Positions 7,347 through 15,310 of a stretch of DNA of 15,310 bases are shown in pieces. Each line of letters begins with the position of its first letter. The first letter of the stretch is position 1. The translations under genes and the position numbers were made by a program. The notes under the pieces were generated by a model that did no database searches, was not told the DNA's origin, and saw only the letters and a program-made list of their open reading frames with translations. This stretch comes from Bacteroidia bacterium (lineage in GTDB: Bacteria > Bacteroidota > Bacteroidia > Bacteroidales > VadinHA17): the NCBI GenBank assembly GCA_026391215.1, contig JAPLDX010000036.1, forward strand, positions 1 to 15,310, given 5' to 3'.

Positions 7347-8608
7347 AAAATATCCCAGCAATCATTTTCCTGATCGTTTTGTTATCAGCTTTTTCCTGCA
7401 AGTCCGAAAGGAATCTGAATCCGCCTGCCGGGTACTTTATTGATGCACGAAGAGGCGATGATAATAACAGCGGAGATGCTAAAAATCCGGTTAAGACAAT
7501 TACAAGGATGAATGAGCTTCTCCTGGGTAAAACATCCAGTGTATATTTTTCAGGAGGACAAATCTATGAAGGAACTCTGATCATTAAAGACGGACGAGGC
7601 AATGATAAAGATCTTGTTTATGTCAGTTCCACAGGAGAAGAAAGAGCTATTATTAATGGAGGAAACGGAGAAGCGATCAGGATTGAAAACTGCAGGAACA
7701 TAAAGGTTAGCAACATTGATATTAAAGGAAACGGGAGAAAGAGTGGCAATTTAACCAATGGTCTTGCACTTGTTAGTTCAGTCGGCTGCACGGTTGAAAA
7801 TATAAGGGCAGAGGGTTTTCAGAAATCGGGACTCGATCTGTATGACTGCAGGGATATCCGTGTAAAGAAGGTATATGCATTGGATAATGGCTTCTGCGGT
7901 ATCAACGTCATGGGATCAGGCCTGAGGCGCTCAGGGAATATTTTGATAAAGTATTGCAAGGCTGAGAATAACGCCGGAGATCCGACTATCCTTGACAATC
8001 ACAGCGGGAACGGTATTCTGGTGGGCGTGTCTGACAGTGTAGTTATAGATCATTGCACGGCGACTAATAACGGCTGGGATATGCCGAGGCTTGGCAACGG
8101 ACCTGTGGGTATTTGGGCATGGCAGAGCAATCATGTAATAATTCAGTATTGCATAAGTTACAGGAATAAAACTTCAGAAGGCGCAAAGGACGGAGGAGGC
8201 TTTGACCTTGACGGAGGAGTCACGAATTCAATAATCCAGTTTTGCCTCTCTTTTGAGAACCAGGGTGCAGGATACGGTTTATTCCAGTATCCGGGTGCAT
8301 CCGACTGGTCAGATAATATTATAAGGTATTGCGTAAGCTATAATGATGCCTCGACTACAGAAGGAGCAGGCAGCATATTTATCTGGAACGGGTCGGATGA
8401 AAGCAGCCAGCTGACTGATTGCAGGATTTATAATAATTTGATTTACAGCTCATCAGCACCTGTAATTAGTTATGAAAATGCTTCCGCCCATGAGAACTTC
8501 AGATTCTTCAGAAATATCTTCATCTGTGACAGCAGCTTTTTCTCAGGAAAGAATTCAGGAAGCTCATTCCTGGGTAATCTATGGTGGAATCCGAAAGGAA
8601 ACCGTTAA
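7343..8608 (+). CDS. Right-handed parallel beta-helix (pectin lyase-like fold) lipoprotein, function unknown
   Basis: Signal II ...LLSAFS-C. YFIDARRGDDNNSG...PVKTI is a typical beta-helix N-cap. Repeated G-I-x-(V/L)...I-x-x-C-x-A-x-x-N rungs and a DGGGFDLD motif follow. ATGA overlap with the GH127 stop. Confidence 0.8.
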   Translation: MKNIPAIIFLIVLLSAFSCKSERNLNPPAGYFIDARRGDDNNSGDAKNPVKTITRMNELLLGKTSSVYFSGGQIYEGTLIIKDGRGNDKDLVYVSSTGEERAIINGGNGEAIRIENCRNIKVSNIDIKGNGRKSGNLTNGLALVSSVGCTVENIRAEGFQKSGLDLYDCRDIRVKKVYALDNGFCGINVMGSGLRRSGNILIKYCKAENNAGDPTILDNHSGNGILVGVSDSVVIDHCTATNNGWDMPRLGNGPVGIWAWQSNHVIIQYCISYRNKTSEGAKDGGGFDLDGGVTNSIIQFCLSFENQGAGYGLFQYPGASDWSDNIIRYCVSYNDASTTEGAGSIFIWNGSDESSQLTDCRIYNNLIYSSSAPVISYENASAHENFRFFRNIFICDSSFFSGKNSGSSFLGNLWWNPKGNR

Positions 8609-8614
8609 AAATAC

Positions 8615-8622
8615 TATTTTTG
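8615..8622 (+). promoter_or_regulatory. Possible Bacteroidota sigma-A -7 element (TAnnTTTG) upstream of the chorismatase-like gene
   Basis: TATTTTTG matches TAnnTTTG in the 34-bp intergenic gap. There is no TTTG -33 element at the expected spacing, so it may be a chance match. Confidence 0.2.
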
Positions 8623-8642
8623 ATGTCACAGGATGTTTTCAA

Positions 8643-9797
8643 ATGATGAAGAAATATTCTATTTATAAGCCATCGGTTGAGGGAACAATTTACGAAGAAT
8701 GGACCCAATGCCTTGGCCAGATAAAGGAAACATGGCTGGCCGGGAACAGGCCTCTTAAGCTGAATATCTTCACTTCGCTTACCGATAGCGCTGCCCACCA
8801 CAGGACCAGGGATGAAATACTAAGATCTGTAATTGATACATTTGATGACCAGGCACCTGCAATAAGTGTTACTGTTCATCCTCCTCAAAAGCCATGGAAA
8901 ATAGCAGTCGAGGCACTTTTTATTATTTCCTGTCCATCTGATGTAACCACAAAATTCTTTGATTCAATCCCTTATGTCGTAACTAACAATAAATGGGGAA
9001 AAGAGGTATGGGGCGCAGGTCTTGGCAGCGATTTTTACTCGGATGATACGAGAAAAGCCGCAGAAGCTGCTTTTAACCAGTCAGTTGCTGTTCTGGCGCA
9101 AGAAGATATGTCGCTGAACCACATTATAAGACAATGGAACTATATAGGAAATATCCTTACTATCAGGGGAGGATTTCAAAACTACCAGGTTTTTAATGAG
9201 GTCAGAAGTGAGTATTACAACCGGTACAGAACAGTTATCGGTTATCCGGCTGCAACGGGCATCGGGATGAAATTAGACAGCGTAATTATTGATTTCTGTG
9301 CAGTTAAACCTGATGAATCAGTCCGGATAAAGGGTCTGAGTAATCCAAACCAGGTAAATGCATATGAATACGGGCAGAAGGTTCTGAAGGGAATTAAGAA
9401 TTCGGGCAAAGAAAAGAAACAGCCTCCCCAGTTCGAACGGGCTCTCATTATATCATTTGAAAAGAGCGGAGCGCTTTTTATTTCAGGGACAGCTTCAATT
9501 ATTGGACAGGTTACAATAGGAAAGAATAATATAAATGAACAAACCATTGTGACCATCGAGAATATTAAAAAGCTTGCAGATGCCGGGAGGATAAGCCAGG
9601 TCATAGGGGAAGATATCCAGTATTCGGTGAAATATAATTTGCTTCGGGTTTATATAAAATCCCAGAAAGATTTCATCGCGGTTAAGGCAATCTGCAATGA
9701 ACATTTTCCTTCAGTTCCGTCAGTTTTTATTGAAGCTGACGTCTGCAGGAACGATTTGCTGACTGAAATAGAGGGGGAACTTGTTCTGGAATTTTAG
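8643..9797 (+). CDS. FkbO/Hyg5 chorismatase-like protein (RidA/YjgF fold superfamily), cytoplasmic
   Basis: Motifs IIRQWNYIGNI, YQVFNEVR, YPAATGIG, NPNQVNAYEY, PQFERA, FISGTASIIG and ADVCRNDLLTEIE match my recollection of the FkbO/Hyg5/XanB2 family. Likely start is ATG 8643 or 8646 rather than 8472. No signal peptide. Confidence 0.8.
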   Translation: MMKKYSIYKPSVEGTIYEEWTQCLGQIKETWLAGNRPLKLNIFTSLTDSAAHHRTRDEILRSVIDTFDDQAPAISVTVHPPQKPWKIAVEALFIISCPSDVTTKFFDSIPYVVTNNKWGKEVWGAGLGSDFYSDDTRKAAEAAFNQSVAVLAQEDMSLNHIIRQWNYIGNILTIRGGFQNYQVFNEVRSEYYNRYRTVIGYPAATGIGMKLDSVIIDFCAVKPDESVRIKGLSNPNQVNAYEYGQKVLKGIKNSGKEKKQPPQFERALIISFEKSGALFISGTASIIGQVTIGKNNINEQTIVTIENIKKLADAGRISQVIGEDIQYSVKYNLLRVYIKSQKDFIAVKAICNEHFPSVPSVFIEADVCRNDLLTEIEGELVLEF

Positions 9798-9826
9798 GCT
9801 CTTTAATAAATAATTTTACCGGTAAA

Positions 9827-12682
9827 ATGAGAAAGCTACTTTTACTTACCGTACTTGCACTGTTTTTTACAGCGTGTTCTTCACAGGCCTGGGAAAAAAC
9901 ACCCGCAGGATTAACGGTTAACCTTAAGGGGAAAGCCGGTCAGGATACGAGGAGATTAAAACTGGAGGTTGTCAGCGACCGCATAATACATGTAATTGCC
10001 TCACCGGAATCCGGATTCTCTTCAGAGAAAAGCCTCATAATTGCAGAAAATACCGGGATGCCGGCACCCGCTTTTGAGGTTGCCGGTGACAAAGACAGCG
10101 TGACCTTATCCACATCTGAGATCAGAGCCAGAGTCTCTCTTGAATCAGGACAGATAATATTTTATGACAGGAATTATAAAACAATTCTTAAGGAGCCTCA
10201 AGACGGAGGAAGAAGTTTTAAGCCTTATTCCGTGGAGGGAACAGACGGTTATTCATTGCACCAGGTATTTGAATCGCCTGGTGATGAGGCATTTTACGGA
10301 CTCGGTCAGCATCAGTCTGATGAATTTAACTACAAAGGGCTTAATGAAAGTCTTTTCCAGTACAATACCAAAGTCTCAGTCCCATTCGTGGTCTCAAACA
10401 GGAATTACGGCATCCTGTGGGATAATTATTCTCTGACAAAATTCGGCGATCCCCGGGATTATTCCCAGATCGATATCTTTAGACTGTATGATGAAAATGG
10501 GGAAAAGGGAGGACTGACAGCAACTTATTATATCAATTCAGATACAAACAAAATCTTTGTAAGGCGTAAAGAATCAAAAATAGATTATGAAACTCTTGCA
10601 ACAATAAAGAACTTTCCCGGGAGTTTTCCTTTTTACAGGTCGACAATCTCATGGACCGGCCAAATTGAGCCAGAGGAAACAGGGCTTTATCATTTTAAGC
10701 TTTACTATGCAGGATATACCAGGGTATTTATCGACAATGAACCTGTTGTCCGCGAAAGATGGCGCACAGCCTGGAATCCGAATACATACAAATTCAGGAA
10801 GGAAATGGAGGGAGGAAAGAAGTACTCAATACATATTGAATGGCAGCCTGACGGGGGTGTATCTTATCTTGGACTCAAAGCCCTGAGCCCCAGGTCCCCT
10901 GAAGAACAGGGTTCATTATCGCTTTTCTCCGAAATGGGAGACCAGATTGATTACTACTTCATAAAAGGCGAAAGTATTGATGAAGTGATCAGCGGTTACA
11001 GGTCGATAACAGGAAAAGCTCCGATTATGCCAAAATGGGCCATGGGTTACTGGCAGAGCCGTGAACGCTATAGGTCACAGAAGGAACTTCTGGATGTAGT
11101 GAAGGAGTACCGTAGACGGAATATTCCCATCGATAATATTGTCCTTGACTGGTCATACTGGCCAGTTGATTCCTGGGGCTCACATGAATTCGATCCTAAG
11201 TTTTTCCCCGATCCCGAAGGAATGGTTAATGAGGTTCATAATCTTAATGCCAGGATTATGATCTCAGTGTGGCCGAAGTTCTATTATACAACAGAACATT
11301 TTAAGGAGTTTGATAAAAAGGGATGGATGTACCGTCAGGCTGTAAATGATAGCGTAAGAGACTGGATAGGAAAGGGTTACATAGGTTCATTCTATGATGC
11401 TTACAGTCCGGGGGCACGGGAGCTTTTCTGGAACCAGATGAAGGAGCATATTTATACAAAAGGATTTGACGCATGGTGGATGGACGCTTCAGAACCTGAT
11501 ATCCTGTCAAATGCCAGCATTGAATACCGGAAAAAACTTTCAACACCGACCGCGATTGGACCTTCTGCAAAATACTTCAACACATATGCCCTGGTAAATG
11601 CCATGGCAATATATAACGGTCAGCGTTCAGTTGATCCCAATAAGCGTGTTTTCCTTCTGACACGTTCAGGTTTTGCCGGACTGCAGAGATATTCAACCGC
11701 AACATGGAGCGGAGATATAGGTACACGATGGGAAGACATGAAAGCACAGATACCGGCCGGACTGAATTATGCTATGTCTGGGATCCCATACTGGACGTTT
11801 GATATCGGCGGTTTCTGTGTTGAGGGAAGATATGCCTCGGCCAGGGAAGGATCTGAAGACCTCGAGGAATGGAGGGAGCTTAATACCCGCTGGTACCAGT
11901 TCGGCGCATTTTGTCCGTTGTTCCGGAGCCATGGACAATACCCTCTCAGGGAAGTATATAACCTATCGCCTGAAGGACATCCTGCATATAAAAGCATGGT
12001 TTATTATGACAAGCTGAGGTATTATCTGATGCCTTATACTTACTCACTTGCAGGGTTGACTTATTTCAACGACTATACCATAATGCGGGCAATGGTCATG
12101 GATTTTGGAAGCGACAAAAATGTAGAGAGCATCGGTGATCAGTATATGTTTGGACCTTCAATACTTGTTGCTCCCGTTTACAAGTACAAAGCACGCTCCC
12201 GCGAAGTTTATTTGCCTTCATCCTGCGGATGGTACGATCTTTATACCGGAAAATATTTCACAGGAGGTCAGCGACTTAATGCGGATGCACCTTATGAGAG
12301 AATGCCGTTGTTCGTTAAGGAAGGCTCAATAATTCCTGTGGGTCCTGAAATCCAGTTTACTGACGAAAAACCGGCTGATCCGCTGACACTGTACATATAT
12401 TCAGGCAGGGATTGTGCATTTACACTTTATGAAGATGAAGGGACCAATTACAATTATGAACAGGGAGCATGCACCACGATTAAATTTAGCTTCAGCAACA
12501 GTAAAGGAGAACTTACTATAGGAGACAGGCAGGGAGAATATAAAGGAATGCTTGATTCAAGGGCTTTCAGAATTATCTGGGTGACCAGGGACAAACCTTT
12601 TGCTTTTGATCCTGAAGCCAGACCTCATGCTGTCGTAACTTATAATGGAAAACAGGTAGTTGTTTCGAAAAATAACAATTAA
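9827..12682 (+). CDS. GH31 alpha-xylosidase with PA14 insertion, predicted lipoprotein
   Basis: Motifs YGLGQHQ, YGILWDN, PKWAMGYWQSRERY, IDNIVLDW, WWMDASEP (nucleophile), WSGDI (acid/base), DIGGF, FRSHG and LYEDEG. A PA14-like insert lies at about 10500-10890 (WTGQIEPEETGLYHF..RWRTAWNP), as in xyloglucan alpha-xylosidases CjXyl31A/BoGH31A. Lipobox FTA-C. Confidence 0.9.
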   Translation: MRKLLLLTVLALFFTACSSQAWEKTPAGLTVNLKGKAGQDTRRLKLEVVSDRIIHVIASPESGFSSEKSLIIAENTGMPAPAFEVAGDKDSVTLSTSEIRARVSLESGQIIFYDRNYKTILKEPQDGGRSFKPYSVEGTDGYSLHQVFESPGDEAFYGLGQHQSDEFNYKGLNESLFQYNTKVSVPFVVSNRNYGILWDNYSLTKFGDPRDYSQIDIFRLYDENGEKGGLTATYYINSDTNKIFVRRKESKIDYETLATIKNFPGSFPFYRSTISWTGQIEPEETGLYHFKLYYAGYTRVFIDNEPVVRERWRTAWNPNTYKFRKEMEGGKKYSIHIEWQPDGGVSYLGLKALSPRSPEEQGSLSLFSEMGDQIDYYFIKGESIDEVISGYRSITGKAPIMPKWAMGYWQSRERYRSQKELLDVVKEYRRRNIPIDNIVLDWSYWPVDSWGSHEFDPKFFPDPEGMVNEVHNLNARIMISVWPKFYYTTEHFKEFDKKGWMYRQAVNDSVRDWIGKGYIGSFYDAYSPGARELFWNQMKEHIYTKGFDAWWMDASEPDILSNASIEYRKKLSTPTAIGPSAKYFNTYALVNAMAIYNGQRSVDPNKRVFLLTRSGFAGLQRYSTATWSGDIGTRWEDMKAQIPAGLNYAMSGIPYWTFDIGGFCVEGRYASAREGSEDLEEWRELNTRWYQFGAFCPLFRSHGQYPLREVYNLSPEGHPAYKSMVYYDKLRYYLMPYTYSLAGLTYFNDYTIMRAMVMDFGSDKNVESIGDQYMFGPSILVAPVYKYKARSREVYLPSSCGWYDLYTGKYFTGGQRLNADAPYERMPLFVKEGSIIPVGPEIQFTDEKPADPLTLYIYSGRDCAFTLYEDEGTNYNYEQGACTTIKFSFSNSKGELTIGDRQGEYKGMLDSRAFRIIWVTRDKPFAFDPEARPHAVVTYNGKQVVVSKNNN

Positions 12683-12710
12683 TAATTATACTTTCAAAAC
12701 GAAAAATTAA

Positions 12711-14723
12711 ATGAGAAAAGCAGGTATTTTAATTATCCTGGCATTGACCCTTTTAGGTTGCCAGAAGACTCGTTCCAGGCTGGAATTGCCATCGCTGATA
12801 GGCGATAATATGATTCTTCAGCAAAAAACTGATTCAAAGATCTGGGGAAAAGCAAATCCGGGTCATAAAATAGATGTTGTTGCAAGCTGGGATGCGAAAG
12901 CTCAGGCTAAAGCCGGGAAAGATGGAAAATGGTCTGTCTCCCTGCCTGCCCCATCGGCCGGAGGACCTTATACAATGACCATTTCCTGCAAGGACACAAG
13001 CATTATAATTTATAACATTCTTTCAGGTGACATCTGGTTCTGTTCGGGGCAGTCTAATATGGAAATGCCGATGGCTGGGTGGCCTCCTGTTGACACTGTA
13101 ATGCATTCAACATCAACAATTAACTCAGCGAAACTGCCGGAGATCCGCCTTTTCAATGTGCAGAGAAAAATATCGGGCGAACCGCTGGAAGATTGTACCG
13201 GCCGTTGGGAAATATGCGATCCGTCAACTATCGGACAGTTCAGTGCAACTGCTTTCTTCTTCGGCAAGAAGCTGTATGATGAGCTGCATATACCAATAGG
13301 ATTAATTGAATCAGCATGGGGAGGAACACCTGCTGAATCATGGATATCATCACCAGTTCTTGAGAATGCAGGTGAATTTCTCAATGAAATAAATTCAATA
13401 AAAGAATCTGTGCCTCTTCTGACTCAGTACCAGGCCTGGCTTGATGGACATAAGCAGCTGATAACAGAACCATCCGGCAATGATCAGTGGAAGAATCTGA
13501 GCTTCAATGATGAAAATGTTCCGTCAGTTGAATTTAATGATAGCTCATGGCCGGCAATGAATCTTCCGGCGAAATTTGAAAGTGCCATAGGTGAGTTTGA
13601 TGGAGCAATCTGGTTCCGCAGGAAAGTTGAAATACCTGCGAATTTTAAAGGCAGAGAGCTGGTTCTGTCATTAGGGCCTATTGATGATATGGATCGTACC
13701 TATTTTAATGGTAATCTTGTCGGATCAACCGAAGAATCAGGTTACTGGCAGGTGGATAGAAATTATGATATTCCCGGCGAACTAGTCAGAGAAGGCATGA
13801 ACACTGTTGCAGTAAGAGTAGTGGATAACCAGGGTAGTGGCGGTATCTGGGGGTTTCCGGGATCAATGAAAATTAATATGAAAGACAGAAAACAGGCTCC
13901 GGTCAGCATAGAAGGAGAATGGAAATATCAGCCTGCTGCAGAACTGGTTGGCAATAAGTTCTATATTCTTGATCTGTTAAAGAATGAATTTTATACTCAA
14001 AAAAGACCAGTATCAATTAATGCATACACTCCATCTGCTCTTTTTAACGCAATGGTCAATCCTGTTGTCACTTACCCGATAAAAGGTGCCATCTGGTACC
14101 AGGGAGAGTCAAATGTCGGAAGGGCAGATCAGTATGCGAAGATATTTCCGTTGATGATACAAAACTGGAGGGATGCCTGGGGGATAAAAGATTTCCCTTT
14201 CTATTTTGTTCAGATTGCGCCCTATGTTTATGCAAATGTTGACTCAACAGAATCTGCATATCTTCGTGAAGCTCAGGAAAAAGCTCTTCAGCTTCCCGGC
14301 ACCGGGATGGCTGTAACACTCGACATTGCAACTGTTATGAACATTCACCCTCCGTATAAAAAAGAGGTTGGTGAAAGGCTCGCAGCTCTTGCCCTGAATA
14401 ATGATTATGGAATAAAAACATCCTGTGTGGGCCCGGTCTATAAATCAATGTCAGTCGACGGAAGTACAATAAAACTGCAGTTTGAAAATATTGAAGATGG
14501 TCTTGTTTCAAGGAACGGGCGCCTTAAAGAATTTGAAATTGCCGGAAAGGATGGGAAATATGTCATGGCCAGTGCAGGTATCGTAAATAACGAAGTAGTG
14601 GTCTATTCTCCTCTGGTACCCGAGCCTGTCTCGGTAAGATATTGCTGGCGCAACGGGGCAGAAGCTTCTCTCTTTAACAGCGCAGGCTTGCCTGCAGGGC
14701 AGTTCAGAACAAAATGGAATTGA
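12711..14723 (+). CDS. Sialate O-acetylesterase-like / CE20-like SGNH carbohydrate acetylesterase, predicted lipoprotein
   Basis: Motifs GDIWFCSGQSNM (catalytic Ser), FSATAFFFG, WGGTPAESW, GAIWYQGESN, PFYFVQIA and IHP..K..VGERLA. A beta-sandwich insert is present (WFRRKVEIP..LGPIDDMD..R.Y). Lipobox LLG-C. Confidence 0.87.
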   Translation: MRKAGILIILALTLLGCQKTRSRLELPSLIGDNMILQQKTDSKIWGKANPGHKIDVVASWDAKAQAKAGKDGKWSVSLPAPSAGGPYTMTISCKDTSIIIYNILSGDIWFCSGQSNMEMPMAGWPPVDTVMHSTSTINSAKLPEIRLFNVQRKISGEPLEDCTGRWEICDPSTIGQFSATAFFFGKKLYDELHIPIGLIESAWGGTPAESWISSPVLENAGEFLNEINSIKESVPLLTQYQAWLDGHKQLITEPSGNDQWKNLSFNDENVPSVEFNDSSWPAMNLPAKFESAIGEFDGAIWFRRKVEIPANFKGRELVLSLGPIDDMDRTYFNGNLVGSTEESGYWQVDRNYDIPGELVREGMNTVAVRVVDNQGSGGIWGFPGSMKINMKDRKQAPVSIEGEWKYQPAAELVGNKFYILDLLKNEFYTQKRPVSINAYTPSALFNAMVNPVVTYPIKGAIWYQGESNVGRADQYAKIFPLMIQNWRDAWGIKDFPFYFVQIAPYVYANVDSTESAYLREAQEKALQLPGTGMAVTLDIATVMNIHPPYKKEVGERLAALALNNDYGIKTSCVGPVYKSMSVDGSTIKLQFENIEDGLVSRNGRLKEFEIAGKDGKYVMASAGIVNNEVVVYSPLVPEPVSVRYCWRNGAEASLFNSAGLPAGQFRTKWN

Positions 14724-14751
14724 TTAAGTAACTATATTAACATAACCTGAA

Positions 14752-15310
14752 ATGAAAAAGACTTTATATTTTTCGCTGATCCTGGTTGCATTTTCACTTG
14801 TCTTTAATGCCTGCAATCAGTCATCCGGGAAGAAGGTAATGGTGCAGAAAGAGAATTACGGTGTGCAAAACGGGAAAGAAGTATTTCTCTTTACTCTGAC
14901 TAATAAGAATGGCAATGTCATTAAACTGTCAAACTTTGGAGCCAGGATAACCTGGATTGAAGTTCCTGACAGGACCGGGGAAAAGGAAAATGTCACTCTC
15001 GGATTTGACACATTTGAAGAGATGGTGAAAGGTGATCCATTTTTTGGCTCTGTTGTTGGCCGGTATGCCAACAGGATAGCAAAAGGAAAATTCAGCCTCG
15101 ATGGAACAGAATATTCCCTGACGCTTAATAATGGGACCAATACCCTTCATGGAGGCCCGGGAGGGTGGCACAGCGTAATATGGAATGCAGAAGTGCAGGA
15201 AAAAGCAGATTATCCTGCAGTGAAATTCACTTATAACAGCCCCGATATGGAAGAAGGGTATCCGGGAAATATGAATGCTGAAGTCTTATATACATGGAAT
15301 GACAATAATG
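14752..15310 (+). CDS. galM: Aldose 1-epimerase (mutarotase), predicted lipoprotein, 3' truncated by window edge
   Basis: Not in the ORF track because no stop falls in the window. Manual translation: MKKTLYFSLILVAFSLVFNA-C...FTLTNKNG..NFGARI..VPDRTG..VTLGFD..FFGSVVGRYANRIAKGKFSLDG..NTLHGG..EEGYPGN. Confidence 0.93.
   Translation, partial: MKKTLYFSLILVAFSLVFNACNQSSGKKVMVQKENYGVQNGKEVFLFTLTNKNGNVIKLSNFGARITWIEVPDRTGEKENVTLGFDTFEEMVKGDPFFGSVVGRYANRIAKGKFSLDGTEYSLTLNNGTNTLHGGPGGWHSVIWNAEVQEKADYPAVKFTYNSPDMEEGYPGNMNAEVLYTWNDNN

Noticed and set aside
8472-8642. N-terminal extension of the 441-aa ORF overlapping the beta-helix gene by 137 bp (possible frameshift fusion or overlapping gene)
   Set aside because: The extension is low-complexity, Ser-rich off-frame sequence. 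ATG 8643/8646 follows a normal short AT-rich gap, and I saw no convincing slippery site. A fusion of a lipoprotein with an apparently cytoplasmic domain is unsupported.
8643-9797. Annotation as endoribonuclease L-PSP / RidA deaminase
   Set aside because: It shares only the fold. The ~384-aa length and motifs fit the multi-domain FkbO/Hyg5 group rather than ~125-aa RidA.
402-15171. Many 60-133 aa antisense or alternate-frame ORFs
   Set aside because: All lie within or across well-supported genes and have no recognisable motifs. The two at 14856-15171 are antisense shadows of galM.

Overview
One co-directional (+ strand) carbohydrate-utilisation gene string, most likely from a Bacteroidota (Bacteroidales-like) genome. 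It starts with L-arabinose catabolism: the 3' end of araA, an NrtR/Nudix-family AraR regulator, araD and araB. Next come a GH51 alpha-L-arabinofuranosidase, a GH127 beta-L-arabinofuranosidase, an uncharacterised right-handed beta-helix lipoprotein and a cytoplasmic FkbO/Hyg5 chorismatase-like protein. It ends with a PA14-containing GH31 alpha-xylosidase, a CE20/sialate-O-acetylesterase-like SGNH esterase and a partial aldose 1-epimerase that the ORF track misses. Two structured intergenic elements flank the GH51 gene: a 46-bp imperfect palindrome and a cluster of GC-rich REP/REPIN-like repeats. The most unusual feature is the beta-helix plus chorismatase-like gene pair inside a glycan side-chain removal operon. 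No RNA genes, transposases, CRISPR arrays or SusC/D genes were recognised. Family assignments rest on recalled motifs, not database searches.
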